In this document: piece after piece, positions 37,791-49,949 of the stretch
Numbering within the stretch: the stretch's first letter is position 1
Layout: every line of letters starts with the position of its first letter
Source of the DNA: Antechinus flavipes
Lineage: Eukaryota
Direction of reading: 5' to 3'
Assembly (NCBI RefSeq): GCF_016432865.1
Contig: NC_067400.1
Coordinates: 522,536,001-522,600,000, forward strand
Length of the DNA stretch: 64,000 nt
Notes under the pieces: model-generated
Database searches by the model: none
Told to the model about the DNA's origin: nothing
The model's input: the letters and a program-made list of their open reading frames with translations, nothing else
Program-made: the position numbers and the translations under genes

Positions 37791-38888
37791 GATATAGCTA
37801 TCTTCAGGCTCTTGCCTATATCTCTCTGTATTCCAGACTATGCACGTAAGATTAAATGATCCTCTGAAATGAATATAAATTACTTATCAGCCTCTACCTG
37901 GCTGAGGGATGACTAACTCATTAGAATATATTCTTTGTAAGATACTTTCTCTAAGTAATTTCTTCACTGGACAAGAAAATTCAGTCCAATGCAACAAATA
38001 TCTTATATTAATACTGTGGTACTTATTATATCCAGTATATTGTACTTGGTTCTGAGATCACAAATAAAAGCCCTCCCCTTCATGGATATTACAGTCTTTT
38101 AGAGGAGGTGAGACTAGTCGGATACTTTAGTAGATGTGTGATTTTATCTGTTTGGTTTTCCCTCTGCTGGAGTGAACTCCTCTATGATGTCTCCACCTAC
38201 TACATTCTTATCCATGTCTGTCCATGAATTCTTCATAAAGATACACCAATTTTTTTTATGTTTCCTCAAATGCTTTTCCTCTTTTTTAAATAATATTTTT
38301 CTCAATTACATTTAAAAACAATTTTAACATTCATTTTTAAACATTTTGGGTTTCAAATTCTCTTAATCCCTTTCTCCCCATCTTTCTCTCTAAGACAGTA
38401 AACAATCTAGTAGAGGTTATATATATAAATATGAACTAACCTTGAAGCAAGGTAGCTTTCAGGCCATTTATAATGCTCTTCCTTAACTTTACTAGCCTTC
38501 TGACTTTTCTGCTCATATATGATCTCAGTAACTTCTTTTATGTCATTTCTCATATGTTAGTCATCACTAGTAATACACTTCATCTTGTTATATATACCAT
38601 GTGTTTTTACATTGCTATTTTTGGTTGTTTCTAAGTTTTGTTTTTCCAGGATTATGATACTCTATTATAAATATAGAGTATCTAAAAGAATACTGGTAAC
38701 TAAAGGAATGAGTTTCCGTAGCAGCAAGCAATCTGTGATCATTTCTAAGGTCCCTTCTAATGCTATGATTCTCTGTAGTTTCTTTATAACCCATTAAATT
38801 GACTTATAAGTGTGTTGGGAACAACATATATTATCTAAACTCTAAAACCCACATTTGCAATCATCTGCATTGTTTTGTTTAGTTTGGG

Positions 38889-38907
38889 GTGTGTGTGTGT
38901 GTGTGTG
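38889..38907. repeat. (GT)n microsatellite
   Basis: Direct reading. Confidence 0.85.
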
Positions 38908-39719
38908 TTTTACTTCATTTTGGTTTTGGTTAGCCAAAAAGAAGAATAAAAGAATTCTGAATATTATGAGCAAAATGAAAATAACGAGGCATAAAATGAA
39001 ATAGATTGGTTGTAGGATAAAACATTATTTATCTTTTTTTCTCTCCAGAACTAGAAGTTCCTTGGCCCTACAATATCTAAACTTGTTTTTATATTTACAT
39101 TCAAACCAAAAATCCCTCTATTTTCTTTTTCCCAGTATTTAAGTAAATAGTAGAGGGGAGAGGGAAAGCACGGAGATTGATATTTTTAAAAATAATAAAA
39201 AATAATAACAACTATCTCTTTAGCAATTCAAGACATGTAAAATACTTTCCTCACAATAATCTTATGAGGTATGGAGTAGAGGGACTGTTTTCCCCATCTT
39301 CCAGATGAAGAAGATAAATTATAAAAATCATTTGGCTTTTTATAATTTCACTTTATAATAAATTAAGAGATTATTTGACTATAAGGTATGGAGCTAGAAA
39401 AACCCTTAGAGATAATTTACTCCAGTCCACTCACTTGACAATTGAAATACCAAGAGAAAGGATTTAGCCAAAATAATCCTGATGGTGAGTGAGAGAAGAA
39501 GAATTAAAGCTCTACTCTCCTAATTTTAAATCTAGGACTTCTTGAAGGATGTTAAAAAAAAAAAAAAACATCCTTTTAAAGTGCAAAATACGAGAAACTG
39601 AAAGTAGATTTGGTCCTGCAGGCATGGTCTTAGAGGCTCTGCATTGGAAAGAACCTATATCTGAGTTAAAATTCACCCTACATCACACCTGGCCATAGGT
39701 ACCCAGAGAACATAGACTG

Positions 39720-42060
39720 AGTCTCCCAGAATATTTAGCCCACGGTTTCTATAAATCTCCTGTACATCTGGCAAGTGCTCCAACAGCCTTTTCTGGAAGA
39801 TCCACCATTTCAGGGAGAGCATACTACCTCCCCTTGTAACCCTGTCCCTCTGTGGCAGCTCTAATTTTTTTAAGTTTTTCTTCATATCAAGCCAAAAATT
39901 TGCCACTTCACACTTCTACCTGTTGTCCTTCATTCTGCCTTCTGGAGCCAACTAGAACGAATCTAATCTCTTTTCTACACAACTGTCCTTCAAACACTTT
40001 GAAGACAGTTATCATGTACCCATTAAGTCTTCTCTTTTCCAAACTAAAAATCCTCAGATCCTTCAGTTGATTCTCATTAGGCCTTGAGTCTAGGTCCTGT
40101 ACCATTCTACATATCTTCTGCACACTATCCAACAAACAATGCCCTTCCTAAAATTTGGTTCTCCAAACCAAACACACTAATTAGCAGCAAACTTAATAAG
40201 AGATAACCAGGACAAAATATAACAGAACTCTCACCTCTGTTGTACACTGTACTGCTCTTAGTATAGACCAAGATTTTGTTAATTTTCTTGCGTACTGCAT
40301 CATACTGATAACTCTAAATGAGTTTGCATTTCACTCAGATCTCTGGATCATTTTGAGATGAATTACTGACCAGCCATATCTTCCCAATCCTGTACTTGTG
40401 AAGTTTGATTTTTATTACAAATGTATCACATTTATAATCTTATTCAATTTGGCCCTGTATTCTAGCCTCTTGTTAAGGTATTCTTGGATCCTTATTTTTT
40501 ATCACTGGGGAGGAAGAAATGGCAATTCCTCTCATCTGCATGTCATCTACAAATATAATAATCATGCCATCTATCTTAATCCAAGTCATTAATAAAATGG
40601 CATAGATGCAGTCTTCTATTCCATGCATGGAGACCTTCAGAGTTGGCATAGAATGATCAGTGATCATTTTTTGTGTTTGGTCATTCAGCCCATTTCAAAA
40701 TCACATTATTTCATCATCTAGGTCACAATTCTTCATCTTTCCATAAGAGTAGCATTATAAATTTTGCCAAATATTTTGCTAAAATCTACATAAATTTTAT
40801 CTGTGGAGATCATTAGATCCAACTACATAATAACTCTGTCCAGAAAAAAGAAATGAAGTTAGTTTGGGATGATCATTGTAGTGATGCCATTTCAGACCTT
40901 TTTGATCAACACTTCCTTTTCTAGCACCTCTCTAATAAGACATTCTAGAATGTTACCAAGAATTGAAGTCAATATTTTTCTGGCCCATAGTTTAAAAACT
41001 CTGTTCTATTTTTGAGAATGTGACCATTTACCTTTCTCCAGCCTTTCAGTATCTTTTCCATCTTTCTTGATCTTTCAGAAGTCACTAACAGTATATTAGC
41101 AATCACATCTGCCAGTTCTTTTATTACCAGAATGTATAACTCATCAGAACTGAGTGACAAGTCTTCAAGGGCAAGTCCATGCCCTCAGACTATACCATTG
41201 GATATATTGACTATCTAAGAATTGTTTGTGGCCTCCCCAGTGCAAAAATCGTTCTTACTGGAACAAATTACAAAAGTGAAATAAGAGTTGAACTAACACT
41301 TTGTCTTTTCTCCATTATTTCATTGTTCTGTTCTCCCCTTGCAAAAGTCTTGTACCTTTTATGAGTCGCCTTGTTCCCTAGGGCATCTTTAAAAACACAA
41401 AAGCAACTTTCTTTTATTATCCTTAGTTTTCCTTGCCAGCCTTAGTGCATGTGCAGCTTTCACACTCCTGATACTATTTGAAGAGGACATGCCACATTGT
41501 ATTCATCCTTCATTCTCTTTTGTTGTCTCCATGTTCTTTACATGGCTTTTTAAAAAATCTAAGTTAGCTAGTTAGTTTCCTGTGTCCACATTGGTCTCTT
41601 TAAATAATTCCCCTTTTTATCTCTTCTTTGGAATTCTTTATATCTGTGCTTTTAAAACTTAATTGCTAAGGGCTCCTATGCTGATTTCGCATATAGAAGT
41701 TCAGTTAATAAAATCCTACTTTTCCTTTCTCTAAATCCTTTGAAATCTTTCTCCAAATGTAGGATGCACAGCAAATATACTTCAAGGACGAGAACTTAGG
41801 TTTTTGTTTCTTATGACTTTTACTTAATATGCTTACTCCCTCTGATTCCAAAATTTCCTCATATGAGTTTATTTTTCCCTATTGATGGGAAATATTCCCT
41901 ACATTTCCCTGTCTTATTTCTCTTGAGTAAAAGATATTCTTCCATAGTGTACCTCATCCCTCATTCCTCACCAGGCTAACTTTTTCTACAACGACCCAAA
42001 AGTCTCTCTATTATGAAACATCACTCCAAGTCTAGAAATTCACATTTGAGAAGTATTCTC
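39720..42060 (-). mobile_element. Long L3/CR1 ORF2 fragment (RT domain to 3' end)
   Basis: Minus-strand ORFs read CR1 motifs: LKDLRIFSLEKRRLNGYMITVFK (39908-40135), IIIFVDD (40473-40667, FADD box) and DELYILVIKELADVIAN (40969-41160). The right boundary is approximate. Confidence 0.85.
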
Positions 42061-43422
42061 CATCTCTGTGTCCTCTCCCTCTGATTGTATGTCTCATTCT
42101 AGAACTTCCAGGGCCCAGACCAGCACCATCACATTCCTCTTCAGGCTGAATTCCCGATTTTCTCTACTATGTCACCATGTCAAATACCATCATCTCTTCT
42201 TATACTCTTTCAAATCTGCACCCCCTCCCTTTTCAAAGCTTCATTTTTGTATTGTTTTCTCCCATTAATTGTGTCATGAGAGCAGAAACTCTCTTTCTTT
42301 TTCTTATTTGTATTTCCAGTGCTTAGCATAATACTTGACAGAGAGTAGAGGCATTTAATAACTATCGTACTATATCATGTCAGGAAGAGAAAAGTGTTCA
42401 ATAGTATTACGTGCTGCAGAAAAATCAAGAAGGATGAGGATTCAAAAGAGGTCAATGGGTTTAGCAAGTAAGAGATCATGAGGGCAGAAACCAAATTACA
42501 GAATATTTAGAAGAAAATAAAGGAACTGATATTGAGGGAAAGAGTCAGGTCATGATAATTCAGTGATTTAATGACAAAGTTAGAACACAAGTTTAGTTGC
42601 AGCACTTGTTTCAGAGCTCCTGGCCCCACACATTCTCCCTACTCCTCCTCCGTCTCACCTCACCCTCATCCCCCCAAAACCACAGTAAAACAAAAATGGT
42701 TCTGTTTTAGCTTGGGGTTTGATTCCACCTGAGCAGTATAAAATTGATCAGTATTGTGGGTAGTTGGATAATCTCATTAAATAGTGCTTTTTTTAATTCA
42801 TCAAATACTACAAATTCTTTTGAATTTTCAAGAGGCTATATCAGAATATGATAGCAATCATAAGCATGGGGTTAATAATGATGATCACTATCTCTACAAT
42901 TCTTAAAAGTTCTTTAAGTTTCCTCAAAATAAAGTGTCTCAAAGGAGGTAGTACCAATATTATCACCCCCATTTTGCATACAAGAAAAATGAGATTTTCA
43001 AGTCAAAATGGTTTGCCTTTAAACCATCCTATCGGTTGTGTCATCATCTTGAAACCAGGATTTGAATCTAGACCTGTTAATTCTAGTATACTTTTCTATA
43101 TCAAAGCCTTTCAGCTTTGAAAAACAATTTTTTCTTCACTGAATTTGTCTTGATTCATGCTCAAGACATAGAAGAAGTAACTTAAAATTAATAAATCAAG
43201 CTAGAATGTAAGCTTCCTATGCCTGAATGGCAAAGAGATATAATCACTGAAAGCCGTCGCCTGTTTTTTGCTGACTCATCCAGACTTTTTAGACTTGACT
43301 TTACTGTCAGAACTGACAGAGTGGAAACTATCTAGTTGGTCATTCTAAGCACCAGAATGATGACCTAATCTCCCCAAGTCATCATTATGTATTTTCTCCA
43401 TATTTTCTCTCTTATGTTTTAG

Positions 43423-43539
43423 AGCCGACAGTTGGAATCTGAAACGGGGACCACAGAGGAACACAGCTTAAACAAGGAGGCCCGGAAGTGGGCTACAAGA
43501 GTGGCTCGAGAGCACAAAAACATCGTCCACAACCAGAGG
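43423..43539 (+). CDS. FCHSD2: FCHSD2 coding exon (probably exon 11), 117 nt, phase 0-0
   Basis: Acceptor ttttctctcttatgttttag, donor gtatgt. Translates SRQLESETGTTEEHSLNKEARKWATRVAREHKNIVHNQR. Confidence 0.95.
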
Positions 43540-43848
43540 GTATGTTACAAGGTTCAGTGTATTCACTTTCCCCAAAAAAATTTGAATTTAGAGCCAGACA
43601 GATTTTGAAGTTTTCAAAGAAAGAAAAAACTGGAAGAAAGCAAGTGAGGCAACATAGAATGCTAAAATGGGAAGGGATCTAAACAGGCATTTGTTCCTGT
43701 GCCTTCATCTTACAAAGAAAGAAACTGAGTCCCAGAGAGGTGCTTCTCTGCCCATCCTTAATTCTTGGATTTTACATGGTGCTAACAGAAGTCCTTCTGC
43801 TCCCCAGTAGTTCTCAGAGTTGTTTTGTTTATTCATCAGTCATTTAGC

Positions 43849-43853
<5 letters not shown>

Positions 43854-43900
<47 letters not shown>
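43854..43900. repeat. (CA)n microsatellite
   Basis: Direct reading. Confidence 0.95.
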
Positions 43901-43906
<6 letters not shown>

Positions 43907-43914
43907 AAGAGAGA

Positions 43915-44145
43915 GAGTTTATTTATTTATGACCTTGTGGACCATAGTATGCCAGTACTACCCATGAAGTTCTCTCAGCAAAGTCCTGGATTTCCTTGAC
44001 ATTTTTCTTCTCTAGGGGATTAAGGCAAACAAGTTGAGTATATTGCTTAGGGTTACATGACTAGCAAATGCCTGAAATTGGATTTTAATTCAGTCCTTCC
44101 TGACTCCAGTCCCAATGTTCTATCCACTGAGTCACATAGCTGCCT
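43915..44145 (-). mobile_element. Mar1-type core-SINE
   Basis: ggattaaggcaaac...cttcctgactccagtcccaatgttctatccactgagtcacatagctgcc is the antisense SINE head. Confidence 0.7.
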
Positions 44146-44274
44146 GTTTTGCTTCTAGCCCATTATTATTCATTACTGTAAGGAATGGCAGAATACAGAT
44201 TATTTAGGAATTTTCATATGCATGTGGTAATTCAAAGACAGATGTAAGTTTCGAACAATTCTTGTCTCCATGGC

Positions 44275-44610
44275 ATCGTTTTGTTTTGTTTTGTTTTGTT
44301 AATTTTCAATAGTATTTTATTTTTCCAAATACTTTTAAAGAAAATTTTCAGCTTTCATTTCTGTAAGACTCTGTGTTCCAAATTTTTATCTCTTTATCTT
44401 GCCCCTTCCCAAGAGAGCAAGTAATCTGATATAGGTTGAATATGTGCAGTTCTTTTAAACATATTTCCATATTTGTCATGTTGTGCAAGAAAAATCAGAC
44501 CAAAAGGGGGGGGCGGGAAATTAGAAAGAAAAACAAACAAAGTGAAAATATTATGCTTTGATCCATATTCTGGCTCTATAGTTTTCTCTCTGGACATGGC
44601 ATACCCTTTA
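44275..44610 (-). mobile_element. L1 3'UTR terminal fragment
   Basis: (GTTTT)n tail, then sequence homologous to the L1 ends at 6700-7030 and 63600-64000. Confidence 0.8.
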
Positions 44611-46369
44611 AGAACCATTTCCCTCCTTATTGCATCCTTCCCTTCCTATCCATCCATTGTATCCATCTTGGAGCAATGAGCAGAATAACAAGCTCAACAG
44701 AGTGTATCTTATGGCAACTAAGAAGACCAAGAGGCAGTCATCCCTCACCCCTCAATTGAATCTCTGTTTGTTTTCAAGTACAGTGACAGGAGAAATCAAA
44801 CTGAAAGGCACAAGGATAATCACGTGTACTCATCATTCCAAGGAAGATTATGCCAGCTGTCCCTGTTCTGTGATAGAGTTTCTAAGCACTCTGAGAAACT
44901 ATTGTCTGGCATTAGTGTTTGGCCGTAAGTTAAAAGATTGTACTATACCACATTTAGCCAAAACTAAATGCTAAAGTCACTTTAGAAACCATCAGATCCA
45001 TGAATAGAGAGAATGCCCTACTAGTTTCTCTTGAACTATAATCCTTATCAGTTAGAAATGCACGCTTTTGGAGTTGTCTTATTTGTCCCAATAGCCATCT
45101 TCTTCTGGTTTTCAATTATCAGTGGAACATCGCTATTACTTCCAAGGACAAAAATAGGTTACAGTAGTAAGTTATCAGCTTTTCCCTTAGCCTGGCAACT
45201 TCTCAAATCCAGTAAAAAAAAGTAACACATCAATTCATCTTTCAGTTAAAGAACACCTTTAAAAGCCTGCTGATGGCTTAGTATTTTCCTTTGACCAATA
45301 AAATTGGTCTGAATCTATTGAAGAAAGGTTTGCCTTTTATGCCCAACTAAAATTGTGTCTTTAGAAACACAGCTTCTTGGATATTGTTTTAGTTCATGAA
45401 AAAATATGCTCTCAAGCTTGATCTCCAGACTTGATATTTTTTTCTCTACGCTTAGGTATTTTCCTCAGAAGTTATACCAGCTCCAAGTAAGAATCTGAAT
45501 TTTTACCAGGATGATGATGATAATGATAATTCTTACATCACACTTTACAAATTACTCTCACATGCATTCTTATTTGATTTTTTCCACTCTCTGTGAGATG
45601 CCTAGGCATTACTATCCCTGTTTTACAGATGAAGAAACTGAGGCCCAGAAAGGTTAAATAACTTGCCCAAGATTATACCGTAGGTAAGTAGAAGAGAAAA
45701 CTAGGACCCAGGTCTTCTAACTCCAAGCCCAGGGCTTTCTCTATTGCACCACGATGGAATATGTAGAAAAAGAATTCCCATGCAGCAGGCTTTGTCTGAC
45801 AAGCCTCTAGGTCCATATGCTGCTGTCCTTCTCACTTAGACCCTCACCAGAAAAGAAAATGAAGCTGCTCGTGCTACATACACCCTAAGGATTTCAGGGT
45901 TTGGGAAAATGAAGAAGAGTGTGTCATCACAAAAATTGCTAATATAGAATACAGAATGACTCTCTCCTTATGAACTCGTTGTCTTTCCATACATTTTCTT
46001 TTCTTTTTCTTTTTTTTTATTTTTTTACTAATAGTAGTTCTATCATAGTTCAGTTTTAAAATTTTGTCTCTCATAGCAACCTCATGGGATAAGCAACAAA
46101 ATTATTATCCCCATTTTCAGATATGGAAACTGATACTTTAGAGATTATACTGAGAAAATATCTGAGCCAAGATTGTTAGATCTTCTGACCCCCAAATCCA
46201 AAGCTCTTTCCATAATGTCCTATTTCCTTTCTAAATAAGAGAATTGAGAGGAGTTCAAAGAAAAAGATCACGGTGACTAAAAAGGCCTTCTTGGCATTTG
46301 GGTCAACCCCCTTACATAAGATAAGGAAATTGAAGGCCCAGTGATTCCCCCAAGAATTTCTACCAAGTA

Positions 46370-47110
46370 AATACCATCAGTTTTGAAATCTGAAGGAAAC
46401 CTGAATCACACACATTCATAGCTCTGTAGATTGGAGAAGACATCCAGTCTAACGCCTCTGCTATCATTCTAGGGATACTAGGAGTTCTGCAGCATCCCCA
46501 GCAGAGAGCCATCCATCCTCTGTTTGAAGGCTCTATGAAAAAAAGACACACACTCCTCTCAAAGCAGTCCATTCCAGGCTCGGGCAGCTCTTAAATATTA
46601 AGAAGTTTTTCATTATATCAAACTTATATCTGTTTGGGGGGCCAAATAGAAAAAGGTTAATGACAGGCTTTCTAAAAACTAACTCTTTAGAGACTTAAAA
46701 ATAGCCTCCATTTCTCTTCTCTCATTTATCAGACATCCCCATGTCTTTCTACCACTCATTCTGGCATGTTCTCTAAAATCTCACCAGGCCTTCCTCTGAA
46801 TGTGCTCCAGCTTGCCAGTGTTCTTCCTAAAATGTAGCACCTAGAGCTAAAAACATTGCCCATGGTGTTGTCTATCCAAGCAGATAAATAGTTGGTCTAT
46901 AACTTCTCTCACTCTGAACTCTAGATGCTCCCCGCCCCCCTTTTTTGGCTGCTGTGTCATATTTTAGACTTACATTGAATTTGTAGACTACCAAAGTCCT
47001 CAAATTACTTTCTCAGATCCTTCTTACACAAATCATCATCTCAGAGCCATGTGACTGAATTTTTTTTTTAACTCAAATGTAGGTTTTTACATTTCTCCCT
47101 ATTAATTTAA
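46370..47110 (-). mobile_element. L3/CR1 3' fragment
   Basis: ccatccatcctctgtttgaagg...ctcaaagcagtccattcc...aagaagtttttcattatatcaaa are antisense L3 motifs. Confidence 0.65.
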
Positions 47111-48003
47111 CTTCTTTAGATCTTCTATGATGTTAACTCTTCATAAAGTTCTGTCTTTGACACTAATTCACTATGTCAATTACTGACTCCACCTCTTAGT
47201 GACTCAGTTTCCTCATTTGAAAGATGGAGATAGCATTTGCATTATGTTCTTCACTGGGTTGTTGTGAGGAAAGCATATTGTAATTCTTAAAAGAACTATA
47301 AGAATATAAGTTATGAGAAAACTGAAGTGTCATATATCTCTGGGAAAGGGAATGACAAGACCATTATTAATTTACACTAAAATGTTGACAGTCATTACCT
47401 GAGATCAGATTTTGATTGAGGGGAAGAGGGGAAAATGGGAGAAAAAACTACAGCCAAAAGGATACAGAGTATACAACAAACTACATAGAGGGAGAAAGGG
47501 GCAATAAAGGCACCAAATATAAATTTCACATATACTATTAAATTTAACCTACCACTCTCAAATGAAGCAGCAGGTATTGCCTTCACCCACATCTTCAGTA
47601 AGTAGCCCTGATTTTGTGTTATCTGTACTGCAAAGATATATACCCTTAGCTCCAGAGTTATAGCTGTGGCATTCCAAGAAACAAGAAGACCCAATAGAAA
47701 AAAAATTTCTCTCCAGATTACTTAACTCCACATCTGTTTGCATGTGAGGTGATCAGATATTTCTGAAAGTATCTAATAGTTTGAGGTGCATTGTTTGAAA
47801 TATTCAAAAATCCTACCAGACTTTGACTTCTAGACAATAATGTGGAATTTGGCAGAATAAATATCTAATTATATTTGGGGGGGGGAGGATTTTGTTCAAC
47901 CTAAAACAGAGGCTAATTGTTAATTTAATGAGCTTTTTCTTTTATATGAATACCAAGTTTTTATATAACAAAATGTTTGTGCTTTTCCTATTTTATTTTA
48001 TAG

Positions 48004-48108
48004 GCCCTGGAAGAGTTAGAATGTCATGGTGTTGCTGTATCAGAGCAAAATCGAGCAGAACTGGAACAGAAGATAGATGAAGCTAGAGAAAGTATTCGTA
48101 AAGCAGAG
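48004..48108 (+). CDS. FCHSD2: FCHSD2 coding exon (probably exon 12), 105 nt, phase 0-0
   Basis: Acceptor ttttcctattttattttatag, donor gtgaga. Translates ALEELECHGVAVSEQNRAELEQKIDEARESIRKAE. Confidence 0.95.
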
Positions 48109-48499
48109 GTGAGACATCTCTCCTGACCCATTCCCTTGTGCACTACCCAGAGAAGCTGGCTACCAATTCTCATTGTTTATTTGGATGGCTCAAAACCCCC
48201 AGTTCATAATGTTTTTGGGAATTGAAAGATACCTATAAATACGTGTGTGTGTGTGTGTGTGTATGCATACAACATAGATACACACAGAGAGGAAGACAAG
48301 GAAAAGGAAAGGCTTCTGTTCTAAATCAGTGAATATTCAGTAGATATTCACTGAGCACAAACTTTGTACTGTCTGCATGGCAGAGAGGGAAGAAGGAAGA
48401 TAGGTGGGAGAGATGATTAAAGGAATAAAAACAAGCATTAAAAAATGTATATTCTTTATCTTATATAAAAGTCTAAGGCAAAGATGTGTGAAAGAATAG

Positions 48500-49480
48500 T
48501 CTCTAATATAAGTTCAATTGAAAATATTTCTAAGTGCCCTAAAAGACTGTGCTCTTGACATTGCTACAAATATAATGTATACAAATAGGAAACCCAGGAA
48601 AAGTGCTATCAAGAGAAAGAGGTTCCGCAAACATTAAATTCAACAAATATTTCTAAATCACTTTCATCTGCAGGAGAGGAGTTGGTTTTATGGAAGAGTG
48701 GCATCTGAGTTATATCTTAAAAGAAGAGTAGAAATATGCAACAGAAAAACTTTGAAGGGTAGTTTATTCTAGGTATGATGAACAGTATGATCATAATCTT
48801 GAAGAATATAAAGAAAGAGAAATGGAAAGTAATCTATTTTGATAGAAACCGAACATATGAAGGGGTTTGTAGAAGATAAAATCGGATAGATATATTGGAC
48901 AATTGTCAAGGGCCTTGAATGTAAGAATCAAGAGTTTAAATTTTCTTCAGAAAGCAGTAGAGAAACATAGGATTAATGTGGTGTGCTAGAAAGACTAGTT
49001 GGGTAAGAGTGTAGAGAATGGATTGGAGAAAGAATAAAATGGAAAGAGGAAAGCTAGTAAAAAGTTCCTATTACAGTAGTCCATTCAATAAAAAAAACCC
49101 TGAACTTGAACTAAGCAGATTGCAGCAATAATGAAGAAGAGTGGGTTCAGTGTGAGAGAGATTGCAAAATCAGAAATGGTAGGATTTGACAACTGTTTGG
49201 ATATAGCGAGTCAGAGATGGGAAAAAGCGAAAATTGGAAGAAAAGAATAAAAGATGACACCATTATTACTAGCCTCATTAAATGGAAAGTTGATGAGAAC
49301 ATCAAACAGAGAAGTCATTGGGTGAAAAAGGCAAGTTTAAAGGAAAAGGTGATAAGTTTGAGGACTTAAAAATAATTCTAACAAGCAATTGGAACTACTC
49401 TTTGGGACTACTACTCTGGAGAAAAATGGAGGAGAGGCAGAGATAAGAATTTGTCAATCATGTGCATTAAAGTGATAATT
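48500..49480 (-). mobile_element. L2 fragments
   Basis: Antisense L2 motifs (gtcaagggccttgaatgtaag, ggtaggatttgacaactg, aaagatgacacc). Confidence 0.55.
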
Positions 49481-49653
49481 GAAGAGTTGGATAAGATCAC
49501 CAGAAGAAAGTAGTAAAAGTAAAGAGAAGGGGCTTAATATAATCTTAATAAATACATTTAAGTAAGTCACACACTTAAGAGTGAGGAAAGGATGAAGGGG
49601 AAGAGCCAAAACAGGAGAAAGAATCAGTTTTATAGGGACAAACACAAATACAT

Positions 49654-49892
49654 TGTCGTTGTTCAGTTGTTTTATTTGTGTCTGACTCTTCATGACTCCA
49701 TTTGGAGTTTTTTTAAAATAAAGATGGTATAGTATTTTGCCATTTCCTTCTCCAGTTCATTTTGTAGATGAGGAAACTGAGGCAAAAAAGGATTAAATGA
49801 CTTGCTAATAAGTGATTGAAATCAGATTTGAACTTGGGAAGAGGAGTCTTCGGATTCATGGTAGTCTTATCTGCTATACCACCCAGCACCCT
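49654..49892 (-). mobile_element. Mar1 core-SINE
   Basis: gttgttcagttg...ctgactcttcatgactccatttgg...gatgaggaaactgaggcaaa. Confidence 0.8.
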
Positions 49893-49949
49893 CATAATAC
49901 ATTTATAATCCAGAAATGTAAATTGCAGTATTTGTTGTTATGTTAATAA

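Noticed and set aside
44266-44604. catggcat at both ends of the L1 fragment as a TSD
   Set aside because: Only 8 bp, and the right-hand copy resembles the L1's own gatggcat sequence.
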